NCBI RefSeq assembly: GCF_963921235.1
Contig: NC_086097.1
Location: forward strand, 157,916,001-157,980,000
Direction: 5' to 3'
Source: Mobula hypostoma
Taxonomy: Eukaryota
DNA: 64,000 nucleotides
Both the position numbers and the translations under genes were made by a program. The notes under the pieces were generated by a model. That model had not been told where the DNA came from and ran no database searches. It worked only from the letters and a program-made list of their open reading frames with translations. Positions 14,040-29,019 of this stretch are shown one piece after another (the first letter of the stretch is position 1; each line of letters starts with the position of its first letter).

Positions 14040-15400
14040 ATGTAGCAGGAGTGCTTGACAAATCTGCTTGAGTTAGTCAAAGAGTGATGTAGCATGGACA
14101 TGGGCCCTCTAAACTACCAATTCCATGCCAAACATCAAGCACCTAATTACACCAAACCTACACTCACCTGTTTTATTTGCCCTGCACTCCCAGTCATTTA
14201 AAGATGTAACAAAGTAGATAAAGGAGAAGCAATAGATGGAAACTATTGTTATTCTTACAGGGTATTTTGATAAGATGCTATATAATAGGTTACTGCACAA
14301 GATAAGGATGCACAGGGTTAGAAGTAACATAATGGTGTGGATAGTGGATAGACAAACAGTCAGGGGAAAAAAATCAGTCATTTTGGCATTCAGTAATAGT
14401 GGGGTGTGCTGGAACCTCAGTCATTTATAATAGGTACATAGATAGATAGACAGATATTCTTTATTGATCCCAAGGGAAATTGGGTAACCAAGTAAGTGAC
14501 TTGGATGAAGGGACTGAGTGTATTATAGCCAGACTTTTTGATGATATTCAGGTCAGTAGATTAGCCAGTTAGGAGATGGGCACAAAGAGCCTGCAGACGG
14601 GTATTGACAAGTGAAATCAACATCCCAGAATTTAACAGATGGAGTATAATGTAGGGAAATGTGAGATGACAACTTTGGAAGAAGAATGAAAAGCCAAATC
14701 ATTACTTAAATAGAATAAGAAAATAAGTTCTATGGACAGCCATGGATTATATGGCACATAATCAATGTATTTAAGCTACCTTCTGCGTCTATATTTATTA
14801 TGTCTTTTATTATTGTGTTCTTTATCTTATTATGGTTTTTTTGTGCTGCATTGGATCCAGAGTAACAATTTGTTCTTTTGTTCTCCTTTACACTTGTGTA
14901 CTCAAAAAGGCATTTAACAATCTTGAATTGATATGGTAATATGGTATAGAGGGATCTGGGAGTCCCAGAATATGAAACAAAAAAGAACATGGTTTATAGG
15001 TAATAGGAATTAGGAAGGAGAATGGATAGTTAGCACTCATGCAATGGATATGAAATAGGGAAGTTCTACAGAATGCTAATCTGTCCATATCGGGAGTACT
15101 TCATACAATTATGATTTCAATGTTTAAGGACTGATATATACTGGTAGCTCACAGAGTTACAGTGATGGAAATCAGGAGGAATTTCTTCTCACAGATAATT
15201 GAGATTTTTTTGAAATTCTCTACCACAGACAGATCTAGGAGTTGTATCATTGAACCTATTCAAGGTGGAAATTCAGTGATATTTGAATGACAAGGGATTC
15301 AATGCACACGAGAAACACACAGAAAAGTAATGTTTAAGCTAAAGTTGAATTAGCCATGATCTTACATTCTGAAAGGCAGGAGAAGCTTGAGGGGCTGATT
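14040..15400 (+). mobile_element. Degenerate CR1 LINE with a nested SINE-like insert (about 14740-14930)
   Basis: Remnants of FDK..RLLHKIRMH and WQMEYNVGKCE, plus an rrnffsqr-like 3' region. Confidence 0.65.
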
Positions 15401-16557
15401 TACCTTCCATTATTTATCTTCCAATCAAATAAATTCAGAGCTAACTATGACACTTTCCCTTGCAGTATATTTCAGTGCCAGACTGAACCATTTACTCACC
15501 CATTGAAGCACACAGGGATTTTAAACTCAAAGTACCATTCGGGGTTTTTAAGTAACAGCAATTAAGATTAAATGATTTTTTTTTCTCTATCACTGATGCT
15601 CCATTTATTATTCTGTTGGAAAACATACTCTGCCTGCAACCGACTGATTTGAGTGCTTGGCATCTCGGGATTTGTCACCACTATCAAGTACCAATATTTA
15701 TATTCCCACACAAGTGCAGTTCTTTTCTCCTCAACAATTGACTGCATATATTAAAATCCTTTGCTGAAAGGAATTTTCTGCAGACCACCTGATGTTCTTA
15801 GATTGTTGCACAGCAGTGACATTTTATCAACGGTTCAGAAAAATAAAATACGGCAAAGCAAACTTAAATATAGGTTAATTCTGACCTGCAGGCAGTTTGT
15901 TCAAATATAGTCATAGAAAGCTATTAAAAAATGGAACTTTAAAGTTAACAGTGCTATTTAAAGAGAGGCACACAATCATCATTTCCCTCACTTAATCATG
16001 TGTTTCATGTTCTTGCAACAACTTTGGCCAAAATTCTTTGCAACTTAACATCATCACAGCTAATGCATTTCTTTTTTCTCCTTCAAATATAATTTGATGA
16101 AGCCACAAGTAGAGCAGAACAAAAGTGACTGGACAACTAAAAATATCCTGCAGATTTACCTGTTAATTATCCCACCTTCAGCCCTTCATTAAGGCTTTTA
16201 ACATCTGCATCCAAGTCATGGCCTGTCTCCTGAACAAATCAATATTGCTGCAAGGAAGAAAAACACCAAAACTCCATCCAGCCTTTACATTCCTAAATTG
16301 TCGCCTGGGTGTTACCCAACCAACTTTAATTCATCCAGAAATCTTCTGCCTGCACCTAAAATACAGCTCATGAATCCATGGAATCACTGAAAACCACAGA
16401 AATCTCTTAAGAATAGGATTGAATCTTCACAACACACTGAGGCAGAAAATGCAAAAGATTCATCTCAATCCTAACCAACCTATCTCTTATTCTGTATCTT
16501 CTCCATCTCCATCTGAACAGAGATCCTCATTCTCATCTTATGCCTCCTATTTTAGAC

Positions 16558-16860
16558 TGGCACTATGATGTAGCTGCCAGAACTACTCCCTCACATCTCA
16601 ACAACCTGGTTCAATTCTGATCTCCAATGCTCTGTGTGTGGAGTTTGCTCATTCTCCCTGGGAGCACATGGATTTCCTCCATATCCTCCAGTTTCCTCCC
16701 ACATCCAAGGCTGTAGGTAGATGCTAAAATCTAAGAGAATTGAATGGGAATACTTGAAGAATAAAATGGGATTGATGCACCATTATTATAATTGTGTGCT
16801 TATGATCAGCGTGAACTCAAAGAAAGGGCTTTTTTCCTTACTTTATGGCAATACGACTGA
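16558..16860 (+). mobile_element. V-SINE (HE1-like) tRNA-derived SINE
   Basis: B-box-like ggttcaattc followed by the V-domain gtgtggagtttgc...ttctccc...tttcctcc...tccagtttcctcccacatccaa. Confidence 0.75.
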
Positions 16861-19800
16861 TTCTTTGTGTTCTGGATATCACACTTCAGGGAAACATCCT
16901 CTCAAAACCCTCTAAGCATGTCCAATATCATCTCTCATTCTTCCATTCTCCTAGTACATGCATACTCTTTTCAAACTTAGTGCAGACTTTAACCTCATTC
17001 ATGATACAAAGCCAATAGGTCAGTTCCCTGTTTTCACTCCCTCCTTCCATAAATCATGGGATCTCTTCCCCAAACTGAAGGAACCATTCTAGAAAATCGT
17101 TCTGAAAGGTGATAATCAATGCATCCACAGTCTCTAAAACCAACGTTTTCAAAACTGCAGTATATAGTTTATCAGATCCTTTGGATTTATTGGCTGTCAT
17201 CTCACAATTTAGTCATAAAGCATTACAGCAGAGAAACTGGCCCCTGGGCCTATCTAGTCCATACCAGCCTGTTATTCTGTTTCTTCCCCCCACTTCGCTT
17301 GTGCTTAAAAAAAATACATTATACTAACTTCCGTAAGTTCATCTTTTCAACTCTACCTGTTAATTCTGGCTTCTTCTTCTTCCACAAGGACAGACACAAA
17401 TATTTGTCTCATTTCTCTGCCATTTCCTTATTCTACCATCTGTCCAAGACAAGCTGGTATGTGATTTGAACAGGAAGCTCAAATTTATGACACGTTTTAA
17501 AGTTTAAGAGTGGTTGAGAAAGGTTTGGTAAATACTCATCAATCCCTTGCTAATAAAGACCTCTCTTTTTCTTTGGATAAGATAGACAGTTAATGACTGG
17601 CAAGTCATACTATAATCTTTGATTCTTGCACGCCATCTTTTTCAATTAACTTGCCAGCAGATAAAACATATGTGCCTTATCAAATTAATGCCATCTTTTT
17701 GTAATGTTAGAAGTAGACCCAAAAATTCCTTAGAGGCCTACTAGAAGTTGCATCCAGTCTGACATTCACATGATGGCTCATATATCTATTGACTAATAAC
17801 CATGCTCTGAAGTAGCCTAGTCAGCCATTTTGTCGTAACAAACTAGCAATCCAAAACCAACACTATCTGAGTCATAGTACCAGCCTTGCCTATCATGAAC
17901 TATCCCAAGAACATTTATTTTACCAAAAGAAATGATAAGTACTTTAATGAAATTATTTAAGTTGCACCTGTATTTGGAATATGTTCTATTTCAACATTTG
18001 GGCTTTTTGCCACATTTACACTGGTAGTCACTTTGGATATTATATTCGCACACTTCCAATCATCAAATTACTGCTGAATTATAGATATTTTAATTGTGTC
18101 CAAGAGAAAAGAAATAATAATTATGGAACTTTAACTCAGATTCTCAGACAACATTTCACCTCAAAGGAATTTCACGAAGGGAAAGCCAATGAAAATAATT
18201 CAAAGTTAATATCACTTTTTAGCTTGTACTCCTTCCATTTTCAACCCCGCCCCCAACTAAACCTTCTTATTCTGGCTTCCTCTTCCTTCATTTCCAGTCC
18301 TAATGAAGTGCCTTAGCCCAAAACATCAGCTCTTCATTCCTCTCTGTAGATGCTGCCAGACGTGCTGAGTTCCTCCACCATTTTGTATGTGTTGCCTATG
18401 ACATATTAGTTGAGAGTGGAAGTGTACTTTCAGAGTTCAAATCTTTATTTTCTCTTCCAATATTGTCTATCTCCTCATGTCCATCTTACTACACCTTTCC
18501 CAAGTCATTCTTGTTCAAATTAATTGAAAGTTAGTTTTGATAATTTTCAAGGACAAAGATATGGGAAGAAATCACAGATTGACATTTTTTTCTTAATTTT
18601 GTTACCTATTACCATAAATTCCTATCTTCCAATTATATCCTTGGGCCAGATAACTTAAAAAGTGCCAAATCCAGAATCAATGCAAATAAATATGATAAGT
18701 GCAAATTCTTTGTCTATTGATGAGCTGATAAAACCAGGAAAGCCAAGTAAGATTAAAAGAGCATTAATTTCAGTTGAATCTAATCAAATTTCATTTTTAT
18801 TAACTTACAATTGCACACATAGGAATCTTGGCTTCAGCGACTTGGGAAAAAAGTTCTAGGTCAATACCATTTGTGATATGTTAACTTACTTGGAGCATCC
18901 TCCAATCAGCAACATCAATACCTGTTGCCCTAATGATTTCCATTGGCTCATTTTGGAGAAGGTATGATTGTGATAGTACAAGAATATATCTGTCAGATTA
19001 ATCAGTCAGAATGTCACCTGTCACTTCTTGCTGAAAGAGATGTGTGTATGGGTATTTTAGATTACAAGAGGGAATGGCTATTTATATGGATGGGAATGCT
19101 ACACGCGTTCTCTCATTTTCTAAGCTGTTATTTGGTTGCTCAACAAGAATGGCACAGAGTATCTCTACTGCCTCATTCAACTGACTGGGTTCCAGGGTCT
19201 TGTAATATGCTGAGGTACCCACATATGATGGGAGTTATAATGCACAGGCCCTTGGGAGTTGTTGAAATTTGGGTTCTTCAGAATACACAAAGCACACAGC
19301 GGAAAACTGAGCCAGAGCAAAAAAAAAAGGCCTTGCCAATATTACAGAATCTCTTTCTTTCATTAGCCACGGATAGCACAAGTACTTGAATAAACAACTA
19401 CTGAGAAGGCATCCAGAGATTTCTTTTCATTAAAGAACACTCCTTCCACACATTTCCAAATGTCACGCAAACCATAAATACAACATAATTCCCCAGTTAC
19501 CAAGCTCTGTAAAACATGTACTGAAATGCTCAGCTTTTTTCTTACAGTTTATTAATTAGCAAACCTATTTGCGGTAGCACAATACAATTCAATCTAATTC
19601 GGGAAACTGTTTCCTTTAGCACTTCCCTGTCTGCTGGTACCAGAAACAATAAGTTACTTGAAACACATGGTAATTTAAACCTAACTCTACAGAATGTTTT
19701 TGCTGTTCCAATGAAAAAGCTCTCAAAATACTCTGCTTTCTCTATAGTCTTCTACATGTTTCCTTTTCATGTATTTCTCCAATTCCCTTTTGAAAGAAAC

Positions 19801-22800
19801 CATTGAGTTTGCTTCCACTGCCCTTTCAGAGAATACATTCCAGATCACAATAACTTCTGACTAAGGTTAGGCTAAAATGACCTCCAATCTGTACTGTGGA
19901 TGCAGTAAGCTGAAAAGGACAATACCAGATAAGCTTCTGACTACACACTGCACCACTTACAGCACTGAATGGAGGAATGTAATAAGGGTTGTCCATAGCT
20001 TTGTTTGGATTTATAACACTGATTGTAGTTGTCAGAAGCAGAGACTAGCCAGTGAGTGATCCTTAGGTACCATTTGCAAATACATAGTGCAAAAATATCA
20101 GTTCAAATCAAAGTCCAAATAATTATCAATTATGGATACAAGAGTTAATGTTTCTAAAGACATTGATTGGATCCACTGAATGACAATACTGTCTAAAACA
20201 CTACATAATTTGATTCATACAATGCAAAAATATATTCATCATTCAAAAGGTCAGAGGTTAGGGGTAAGTCTAACTTGATTTTTTTTGGTGGTGATAACAG
20301 AGGATCGATATATAGAATGTGTTTGATGGAGAATAAATGTTTCAAATGCCCCACATAGCGGTTCTGATTGGAAAAATGAACCAAAGTTAGATTCAAAATA
20401 GACTTTAAAAATCAAATGAAAATAATAAAAAGATGTTTTGGTGCCTGGAAAGCTGGATGCCATTGGGTTACTATTACACCATATTGTTCTATATTATCAC
20501 TCATTTATTTCAAGTACAAGTTCAAGTTGAATTATCATTCAACCATATATGAACACCCATGAATACGGGCAAATGAAAGAGTGTTCCTCTAAGCCAAGGT
20601 GCAAATCACAGTACCAACCCTGATATACAGCACAAGGCATGTCTACGATAGCAGTAAACATACAGTCACAGACAAAAGTATATATGGCCCAAGTCCCAGT
20701 CATATGTCCTGTATATTGTTGGGCATGAATGTTGTTGGCAAGAACAAGCAGTTCTCAACAATCCGCATACAAACAAACATACGTACACAATCCAGCTAGT
20801 CTTCCATGGAGCCAACACTGGAGAGCAGCACCAATGGGAGACCCAGCCCCAATCCAGCATGGAAGCAATGCCACATCACCTCCGGCATCTCGCCTAACTG
20901 GACTGCCGCAATAAGCAAGCCTACAGCACAAGGTCTTGTCCTCGCTACAACTGAGACCATACAGCTCCCCCGCCGTCAATCTCACCAATAAACCAGTGAA
21001 CTGATCTTGCGGTATTTCCAACAGGGCCTTGTGGTCACAAGAAAAGTATCCAAGAGATTCACTGGCTGTTAGGCAGCACACTGCCTTTGTCCACTAACCC
21101 CAATGCCTTTCTGAAGCAGGCAGCAACACGTCCATACAGTCGAATCGAGAGCAGGAGCCACTTCATAGAGATTGATGTGACTGACTAAAACCTGAAGATG
21201 GAGTTGGGAAACATAAAAGTTTTAATTCACACAGTGAACCTCCAGGAGGAACAGAGACAGCGATCCAATAGAATCTCACTCTTCTGACACAATGTTTTTT
21301 CACTCCTTCAATACAAAGGTAACAATAAATAATTAATTACAGCTTCAATTGCTATGATTGCTGACTTTTTGGAATATAGTCGGGTAAAATTACGGAATTA
21401 TATATTTAATTAGTAGCACATTCCGACCTCTGAGTATTCAATGTTTGCATCTGTTCCAAAAGCCAGACACCCAAAATATACCCCTTTTTTGAAGAATGGT
21501 GCCATGAGTAGACAACTAACCAAAAAGTGTCAAAACAGATCTGTGCTAAACCATGCTGTAAATGGCAGTGATACACCTTTAACAATATGCTAATAATAGA
21601 AACATTCACCCATTGTCTTTCCCAATATCATTACAGTGGAACAGAATCAGAATGATTGGTTTCATGAGCTACAAAGCATCAGTTGGAACCTAAATTCTGC
21701 ACATTTTATTTCCTGAACACAGGCTCTAATTATCATTAATCCATAATTATGCTATCCATGATAATGTAATTCCAGAATGATCCCTAACAGATGTAGTTAA
21801 ATTGCTTGTGTTATACTTCTGTGCATATATTTTTGGCAAATAACTTTGAAAATGCCTGCGCAACAATAATGCACACAATTAATAAGTTTTACTGCAATAA
21901 GTGAGGGGTTCGAAATTTTAACAAAACAACACTAGATATTTTATCTTAGACAATGCTAATAATATTCTACATACATCTATGAGCCACAGTAGCTCAGCTC
22001 TTTGATTTTCATATTCTGATTTAATTAGCTCAAAATGAATTTTGACCACTAAACAACGTGCATCTCTGTCTAACACTGCTAAAAGTGTTAACAGATCATC
22101 AAAGCTGCTGGCTGATTAGACTTTTTTTTTGTTTTGGCCCTGGCTGTTCTTTTTCCTTCTTCTTCATATGATCATACATTGACCAGTTATTTCACATCCC
22201 CAAGAAAATCAGTGTCCCCTTCCTGATCATCTTAATTTTAAGATTAAGTTAGAAACCATGTGTATTTCCTCCAGAAACTCAATTTTCTTCTCCCATCCCA
22301 ATAACGAGCAGGTTGGTAGGTTAGTTGGCTTATGTGCCGGTGGAAGGTAGAATCTAGAAAGGAATTGATAGAAAAATTATGGGAATAAAGTGGATTAGTG
22401 TAAGGCTAGTGTCAAAATGGTGGCAGATGGCCAGCATGGATTTGGTGGGCCAAGTGACCCGTTTCAGTGCTCTATCTCTTTTTGACCTTAAGGTGACAAT
22501 GACAGCAGCAAGGTTTCAAGTTTAATTAGAGGCAAGGAATAGCATAAGATTGGTGCGACTCCAGGAATCGTGTTTGGAATGAAAGTCAAGTAGGAGCTGT
22601 ACCATTACGTATGCTGCTTCTGATTACTGCCGAGCTTTCGTTTTCACTTGAGCCAGGTTGCTTTAGATATACACCCAGGCACGCACTTCTGATCTGGAGA
22701 AAATAGGTGCTCTCTGAAAAGGCAGCTGACGCCTGAGCAAACAAATATTCTCACACACTATTTTTACTGGTTTCTCTATAGTACTGGCATTCTTTCTCCG

Positions 22801-23714
22801 CTTATCTTTTATATGCTAAGAACATCTCAGCAGCTTACCCAAGAAGCTACTCTTCAAGTGCCTGGCCTAACAACTTCAGCAACTTGCAATTATGCAGAAC
22901 ATTAAAACATAAAATAATATATAGTATTCTGACATCCTCCAATTCAGTGACACACTTCAGAATGTCCAGATGTATCCTCTTGCCCAAGAGTAAAAAAATC
23001 AATGGCACATTGATTGATAACCTGGAAATCATTATACTGCAATGACTGGCGCTGGGATCAGCTGATTTGTGTGATTCAGGACAACAGCAGATGGTGGTTT
23101 TCTCTATTAAATCGTCATAGAAGCTAATAACATGCAAAAATTACAAGTCAGAATGCAGAGGCAGATCCTTGAAGACAAATATTTTCTGAGTGTTTTCTGA
23201 TTGCCTGAAAAGAAGCACAGTTCAGTTGTTCCTTCTCCTTTCTTTGCTTGGCTCTGTTAGAAAATGTATGTGCATTATCCAAAACAGAAAAGCTTTTGTA
23301 AAATAGCAGTTTAAATTATTTTCCACTTGCAGTTGTGTGAGTAAGAATGTTGCATGTTCCCCTTACCAATGTAAAACTAATTTCCAATGTTGGCCGGAAA
23401 GAACTACAATCCACAAATCAGGAATAAGACAAGGAGAGTGGAAACAGACAAAGCAAAAACTCCTGTTCGTGCCACATGTTTGCAGGAATGGAGGCTGCCA
23501 TTTTATGAGACTGTCCTTGTAGTTGCCGTTTTGTGACTAGTATGGTGAACTGATTCTTGCTCCTGGATAACTGAATCCCACAGCAAGAACATGAACACGA
23601 GTTTTCAGCTGAGACCACTTTCAAATAAGAAGCTCTTTGTTATGCCAAATGCAGGCTTGCAGAAGGAACAAGCTGTCTTTCATTCTTTGGGGCACTCCTC
23701 TGTTGCTCCTCCAA

Positions 23715-25330
23715 CCTGGGTTGGAGAGCGATACCAGTCTAGGCTTGGATCATACACTGTTCCACATAGTCGACAAAAAGGAAAGCATAGCTAGGGCCCA
23801 TGCGAGTGCCCACGGCTACACCTTTGGTTTGAGGCAAATGTGAGGAGCCGAAGGAGAAATTATTGAGAATGAGGAGCAGTTCTGTCAGACAGAGTAGAGT
23901 GGTTGTGGAGGGGAACTGGTTGGGTTTGTTGCATAGAAAGAAGCAGAGAGCTTTAATGCCCTCCTGTTGGGGGATGGAGGTGTATAGGGACTGCATATCC
24001 ATGGTAATAAAGAGACAATTGGGGCTAGAGAACTTGAAGTCATTGAGAAGATCCAGAGCATGTCACGGATGTAGGTAGGAAGGGACAAAACCAGGGGGGA
24101 TAAAACTGAGTTGAATGGGGCAGGAACAAGCAGAAACAATGGGTCTACCTAGAAAGGAAGGTTTGTGGACCTTTGTTAGGAGGTAGAAATGGAAGGTGTG
24201 GGGTAAGAGAACTACAAGGTTGGTGGCAGTGGATGGGAGATCCCCAGAGTTAATACGGTCAGTGATAGTGTGGGTGACAATTGCTTGGTGCTCCTTACTG
24301 GGGTTCTGTTCAAGGGGTAGGTAATGGGAGGTGTCTGAGAGCTGTCGCCTGATCTCAGCAAGGTAGAAGTTAGTCTGCCTAACTACTCCCTTATCTACAG
24401 GTTTGATGGTGAGGTCAGGATTAGTGAGGAGAGAGTGGAGAACAGTACGTTCAGAAAGGGTGAGGTTAGCATTGGAGAGAGGAGTGGTAAGATCAGGATG
24501 GTTGATATCTCGTAGGCAGTTAGTAATGAAAAGTTCCAGAGCAGGCAGAAGACCAGAGCAGGGTGTCAAGGAAGAGGAGGAGTGTTGAGGATGGGAGAAG
24601 GGGTCATCAGTGCGGGCTGGACAGTCCCTGCCAAAGAAATACGCATGGAGACAGAGGCGGTGGGAAAAGAGCTCAGCGTCACGGCAGGCGCAGAGCTCAC
24701 TGAGGTGCAGGCACAGTGGGACAAACGTGAGGCCATTACTGAGGACAAAATATTCTACCTCAGGGAGGGAAGGTCAAAGGGAATAGTGAAGACCTGACAC
24801 AGATGAAAGTTCAATAAAGCAGACGTGGAAGAGGGTTGGTAATGTCTGAGGAGAGGGGTGGGTTACGGTTTTCGGAGAAGGTGGAGTGGGAGGAAGATGG
24901 AGTCTCTGAGAATCCAAGAGGGACCTAAGACATGCAGGATTGCAGAGTGGTGGTGGAGGGGGTTGGGGGGAGGGAGATTGGGGTTCCAGTGCAGCACATA
25001 AAGTTCTGGCCTGGAGGTGCTGTCAGTCAAGGTCCAGGCTGGAGTTGGAGTTTGAGGTTGTGCAATAGTTACTGTGGTGTTGTTGGAACCTGCATTGATG
25101 ACCCAAGAGGCATAGAGCAATACTACTTGCAGCCTTGGGCTACTTCCAATAAGAAGCAGACCCAGGTCAGTCATATAATCTTCAGCCAATGAAACAGAGA
25201 CATTGAGACATCATAAATTGAACTGATAAGGAAAAGGATAAGAATAGAGAATTTTGGGAGCAGGCAGTAACAATTCTATGGAGAGCAATGTTCGCAGAAG
25301 TGGATGACACCACATCAGAAATGTGAAGGC
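23715..25330 (-). mobile_element. Penelope-like element, RT region (frameshifted)
   Basis: TIKPVDKG.VV; FYLLTKVHKP..GRPIVSACSCP; MDMQSLYTSIP; NNFSFGSSH.PQTKGVAVGTRMGPSYA. Confidence 0.9.
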
Positions 25331-27539
25331 ACTGTGATCAAGAAGAATATCTACCAGCGCAGACTCCTTTTCAAGAATATTACCTTTTCTCTTCTTTGAC
25401 TGTTCACTGAGGGTCAGGGAAACCTCATTAGTGTACACACAGGAATTCAGCTGTGTAAATTCACGTGCCTGTGAACTGAGCCAATAAGGGTACTTGTCAG
25501 CAAATACCAATTCTTTCTTTGCCTGACTGATCATTATTATCAAGGGTTAATGCTTTTAAACCGAGGAAGATAATACTATGCAGTGACTGGGAGTTCTGCT
25601 GAGTGTTACACTACACTTCATGTTGTACCAGAGTCTCCAGGGAACTAATTTAAAGATTGTGAGACCCAAGGAAAAGAACAAAAGCTTAATTCCAAATATT
25701 TAAGAACACAATATCAAGTGGAAGAAGTTCCCATGATGTGCAGAAGTCAACTGCAAATACAATTCAGCAAATCCCACTGTAAAATCCAGGTGAATAAATC
25801 TTGGCAAATTAAGATTATCTGTCGAAAATTAGTACGTATTGTTGCTGAAAATATTAAGCACTGGTGTTAGAGTATTAGGATAGCTGGATACAAGATCAGT
25901 GTTTTGTTTAAATCAGAAAAAAATATGAATGCAAAGTAATTTTCTTTCACACCAATTAATAGACTATTGAAAGGAAATAGTCTACCTCAAGGAAGCATAT
26001 CATTCCTCTTTCACTCTGATATCTGATTGCATTTTGAACATGCTTAGTATCTGAAAGGTAATTCTCTCTGATTAGCACACTCAAAGTATTTTTTTTTTGC
26101 TATGTGTTTTCAACTTAGTTCTCCAATTGTTTAAGTGTTTTCCTCTACTCTCACTCACTTTAATGTCTGGGTTTATTTTATAAATAACTCAAGAACCACA
26201 GGGAATTTAAAAGCTTTTGTCTTGGCAGAGTTACAGTATTTGGTACAAAATTAAAGTCTTCTCTTCCTGCCTCTGCTGGTTTTAACAGTTTCAAGTGAAA
26301 GAAATTCATGACTGTCAACTCAGGCTTTTATCAATAGCATGGCAATGATAAGCAATTGTCTAAAATGTCAATAATATTTAAAATGAAATGATATGTTCTT
26401 GAAAAACATGACAGTATTGACTTGAACAGAAAAGATAGCATTAATTATGGGGTCATGGAGTGAATTAAGTTATGAAACATAAAAACAGATACTGAAAAAA
26501 ATTGTTCATGCAAGGGATGGTTAAAATTTGGAATATTTTGCAAAAATGATGAATCAATAGAAATGCTTCAATTTACGTAGCACTTTTCAACATCTCCTGG
26601 TTCCACTTTGCCGTCATGCAGTTGACAGCACTCTCTCCTTAGAGTTAGTAGTCTGTAAAATTATTGAAAATTTAAAACAGAGGAAGCTAACCATTCACCT
26701 TTCAATTGGATCTCAACTGATCCTTTATCTCTGTAACATTTTCCCACTCCCCCCCCACCACTTCATAGATTTTGTGTCCAGAAATAAACTTATTTCCTTA
26801 AATATACTAAAAGATGTGGCCTCCACAGCTTTCTGTAGAAGAGAATTCCACAGGTTCTCAGAGAGAAGAAAACTCTTCCCAGCTCAGTTCAAAATGCCTT
26901 AATCCATATCCCGAGGCTGCAACTTTTCCAGCTAGCACTGCTCTCCCCTATGCACCACACCGTACCCCCCACTCTCACTAGAAGGAGGCATGGTACTGCA
27001 TTCAGTCTGTGTCAGAAGTTGGTACATTTGTGTGAGATCGCCTATAATTATACTAAACTCTAGTGAGCCAGGTCTCATCAACCCAACATCTCCTCACACA
27101 ACTGATCCTCCTCCTCAGAAATCAGTCTTGTGAACATTGTTTGCACTTGCTCTCTAACAAATGTCAAGTTAGTACCCTCTCAAACACTAAATTTATGCTG
27201 ATGCTCCAATGGAGTAGTGAACTGCACCAGGGACACACCTTTCAGATGACATGTTAAAGCAAAGATCTACCTGCTTTCTCATGTGAATATGAATAAAGAT
27301 GACACTACTTTATCTGTAGCAACACAATTTCCAGCATCTGCAGATTTCCTCATGTTTGGGATTTTACTTAATCTGTGGTGCCTTAGCTAGTATTCATCCC
27401 TTAAAGAGTTCAGCTGATGGACATTGTCACATGGTGGGAATTTCCATGTGCTAATTGAATACTGCATTATAAACTGTGTTACTGTTTTTTAAAATTATTT
27501 TATTTCATTGTCTCTTCTCTTGCACCTCATATTCCACCT

Positions 27540-28610
27540 TGGTAGTCTGCAATGTTTACAGCATAAACATCAATTTCTCTAACTTCCAGCAACCACTCCG
27601 TTCTGTGCCCTCACAACCACCACCCCCCGGTTTGATTTCCCTTATCACATCGACCCCATCATCTTTCTCTTCCCCTCCCTGCCTTCTTGATCTGCCATCA
27701 CCCACATATTTCTCCCTCCGGTTCTCTTCCTCACCTCCTTCCCTTTATTCCATGGTCCATTATTCTCTACTCTTAGGTACATCTTCTTCAATCCTTCATC
27801 ATTTCCACCTACCACCTCCCTTTAAAAAAAACTCTCAGCCTCTCCCACTTGCTGATCTTCCTCCTCTCACCTGGATTCACTTATCACCCACCAGTACTTA
27901 CTCCACATCCTCCCCTACACTTTCATACTGACAATCATCCCTCTTTCCAGTCCCTGATTAAGGGTCTCATCTTAATATAGTAAATGTCCATTTCCCATCA
28001 TAGAGGCTGCCTGATCCACTGAGTTCCTCCAGTATTTTCTTTCTTTCTTCATTAATCTTTTTATTGATTTAAAAACATAGATACAATCAAGAGGAGAATT
28101 AGTTAAAATATATATCAGTAACCAAAATTAAAATAGACACTATCAAAATCAAAGATATTGTTAAACTAGTATAAAATATATAATAAAAAAAGAAAATAAC
28201 AGTTCTCCTCTTACTAGTTAGAAGGAGAAAGGAAAAAAAATGGGTTTGAAATAGAGAGGAAAAGAAAACCCACTACACTATATAAAAAAAAGAACAAACA
28301 TAACAAAAAAAAAGGGACTGGGCAGTCCATTTTGAGGATACAACCAAAAAAAGAGAGAAAAACTTTCTGATCAAATCTAAAACCTCGAAAAAAGAACTTG
28401 AAAGAGTAATAAATCAAATTGAATGAAAATATTGGATAAAAGGTCGCCATATTTGTTCAAATTTAAAGGATGTATCAAATGTCCAACTTCTTATTTTCTC
28501 TAAAGTTAAACAGGACATGATGGAGGAGAGCCAATAAAAGACCGTAGGTGGATTACCTCCAGTATTTTGTTTGTTGCTCCAGATTTCCAGTATCTGCAGT
28601 CTTTCTTGCA
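27540..28610 (+). mobile_element. Penelope-type tail (pyrimidine-rich spacer, decayed hammerhead) interrupted by an L1 3' end
   Basis: Same tail sequence as 37140-37465; split at 28038/28556. Confidence 0.75.
28039..28555 (-). mobile_element. L1-clade LINE 3' end with a 13-bp target-site duplication
   Basis: NPPTVFYWLSSIMSCLTLEKIR...KFEQIWRPFIQYF* then 3'UTR, AATAAA and A-rich tail; TSD cctccagtatttt at 28026-28038 and 28556-28568. Confidence 0.9.
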
Positions 28611-29019
28611 TCTTTAACACTTTCCTTACACAGGTTAAGAAATGTATCATGTAATTCTGGGTTATTTTCTTTCACTAAAGTACCAAAGCTGAGTCAATCA
28701 TTGCATTCCAAGCATATGAATGCAAATAACATTAGAATTGGTAGCTCTGACCTGAAGCTAGCATCAGAGGAGACAAAAGAAGTCAAGATTGTCCCTTCCT
28801 AAACTACATTTTTAGTGACTGGCACTAGTTAAGTTTTTCATTCAACATGACATTAATGATGATTGTCTGTGTATTCAAAAAGTCAGACATTTCCAAATGT
28901 GAAGGTGAAAGAGGCATATCTCTTTCAGCAAAGTTAAAAGCATTCAGCAGAGCTGTTTTGGTGGTTTTCCAGATGAGTCATGCATTAGGTAAAGCCGAAT
29001 TTGTACCCACATATCGATG

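Noticed and set aside
27476..27931. 151-aa Pro/Ser-rich ORF
   Set aside because: It is the translation of the pyrimidine-rich Penelope tail.
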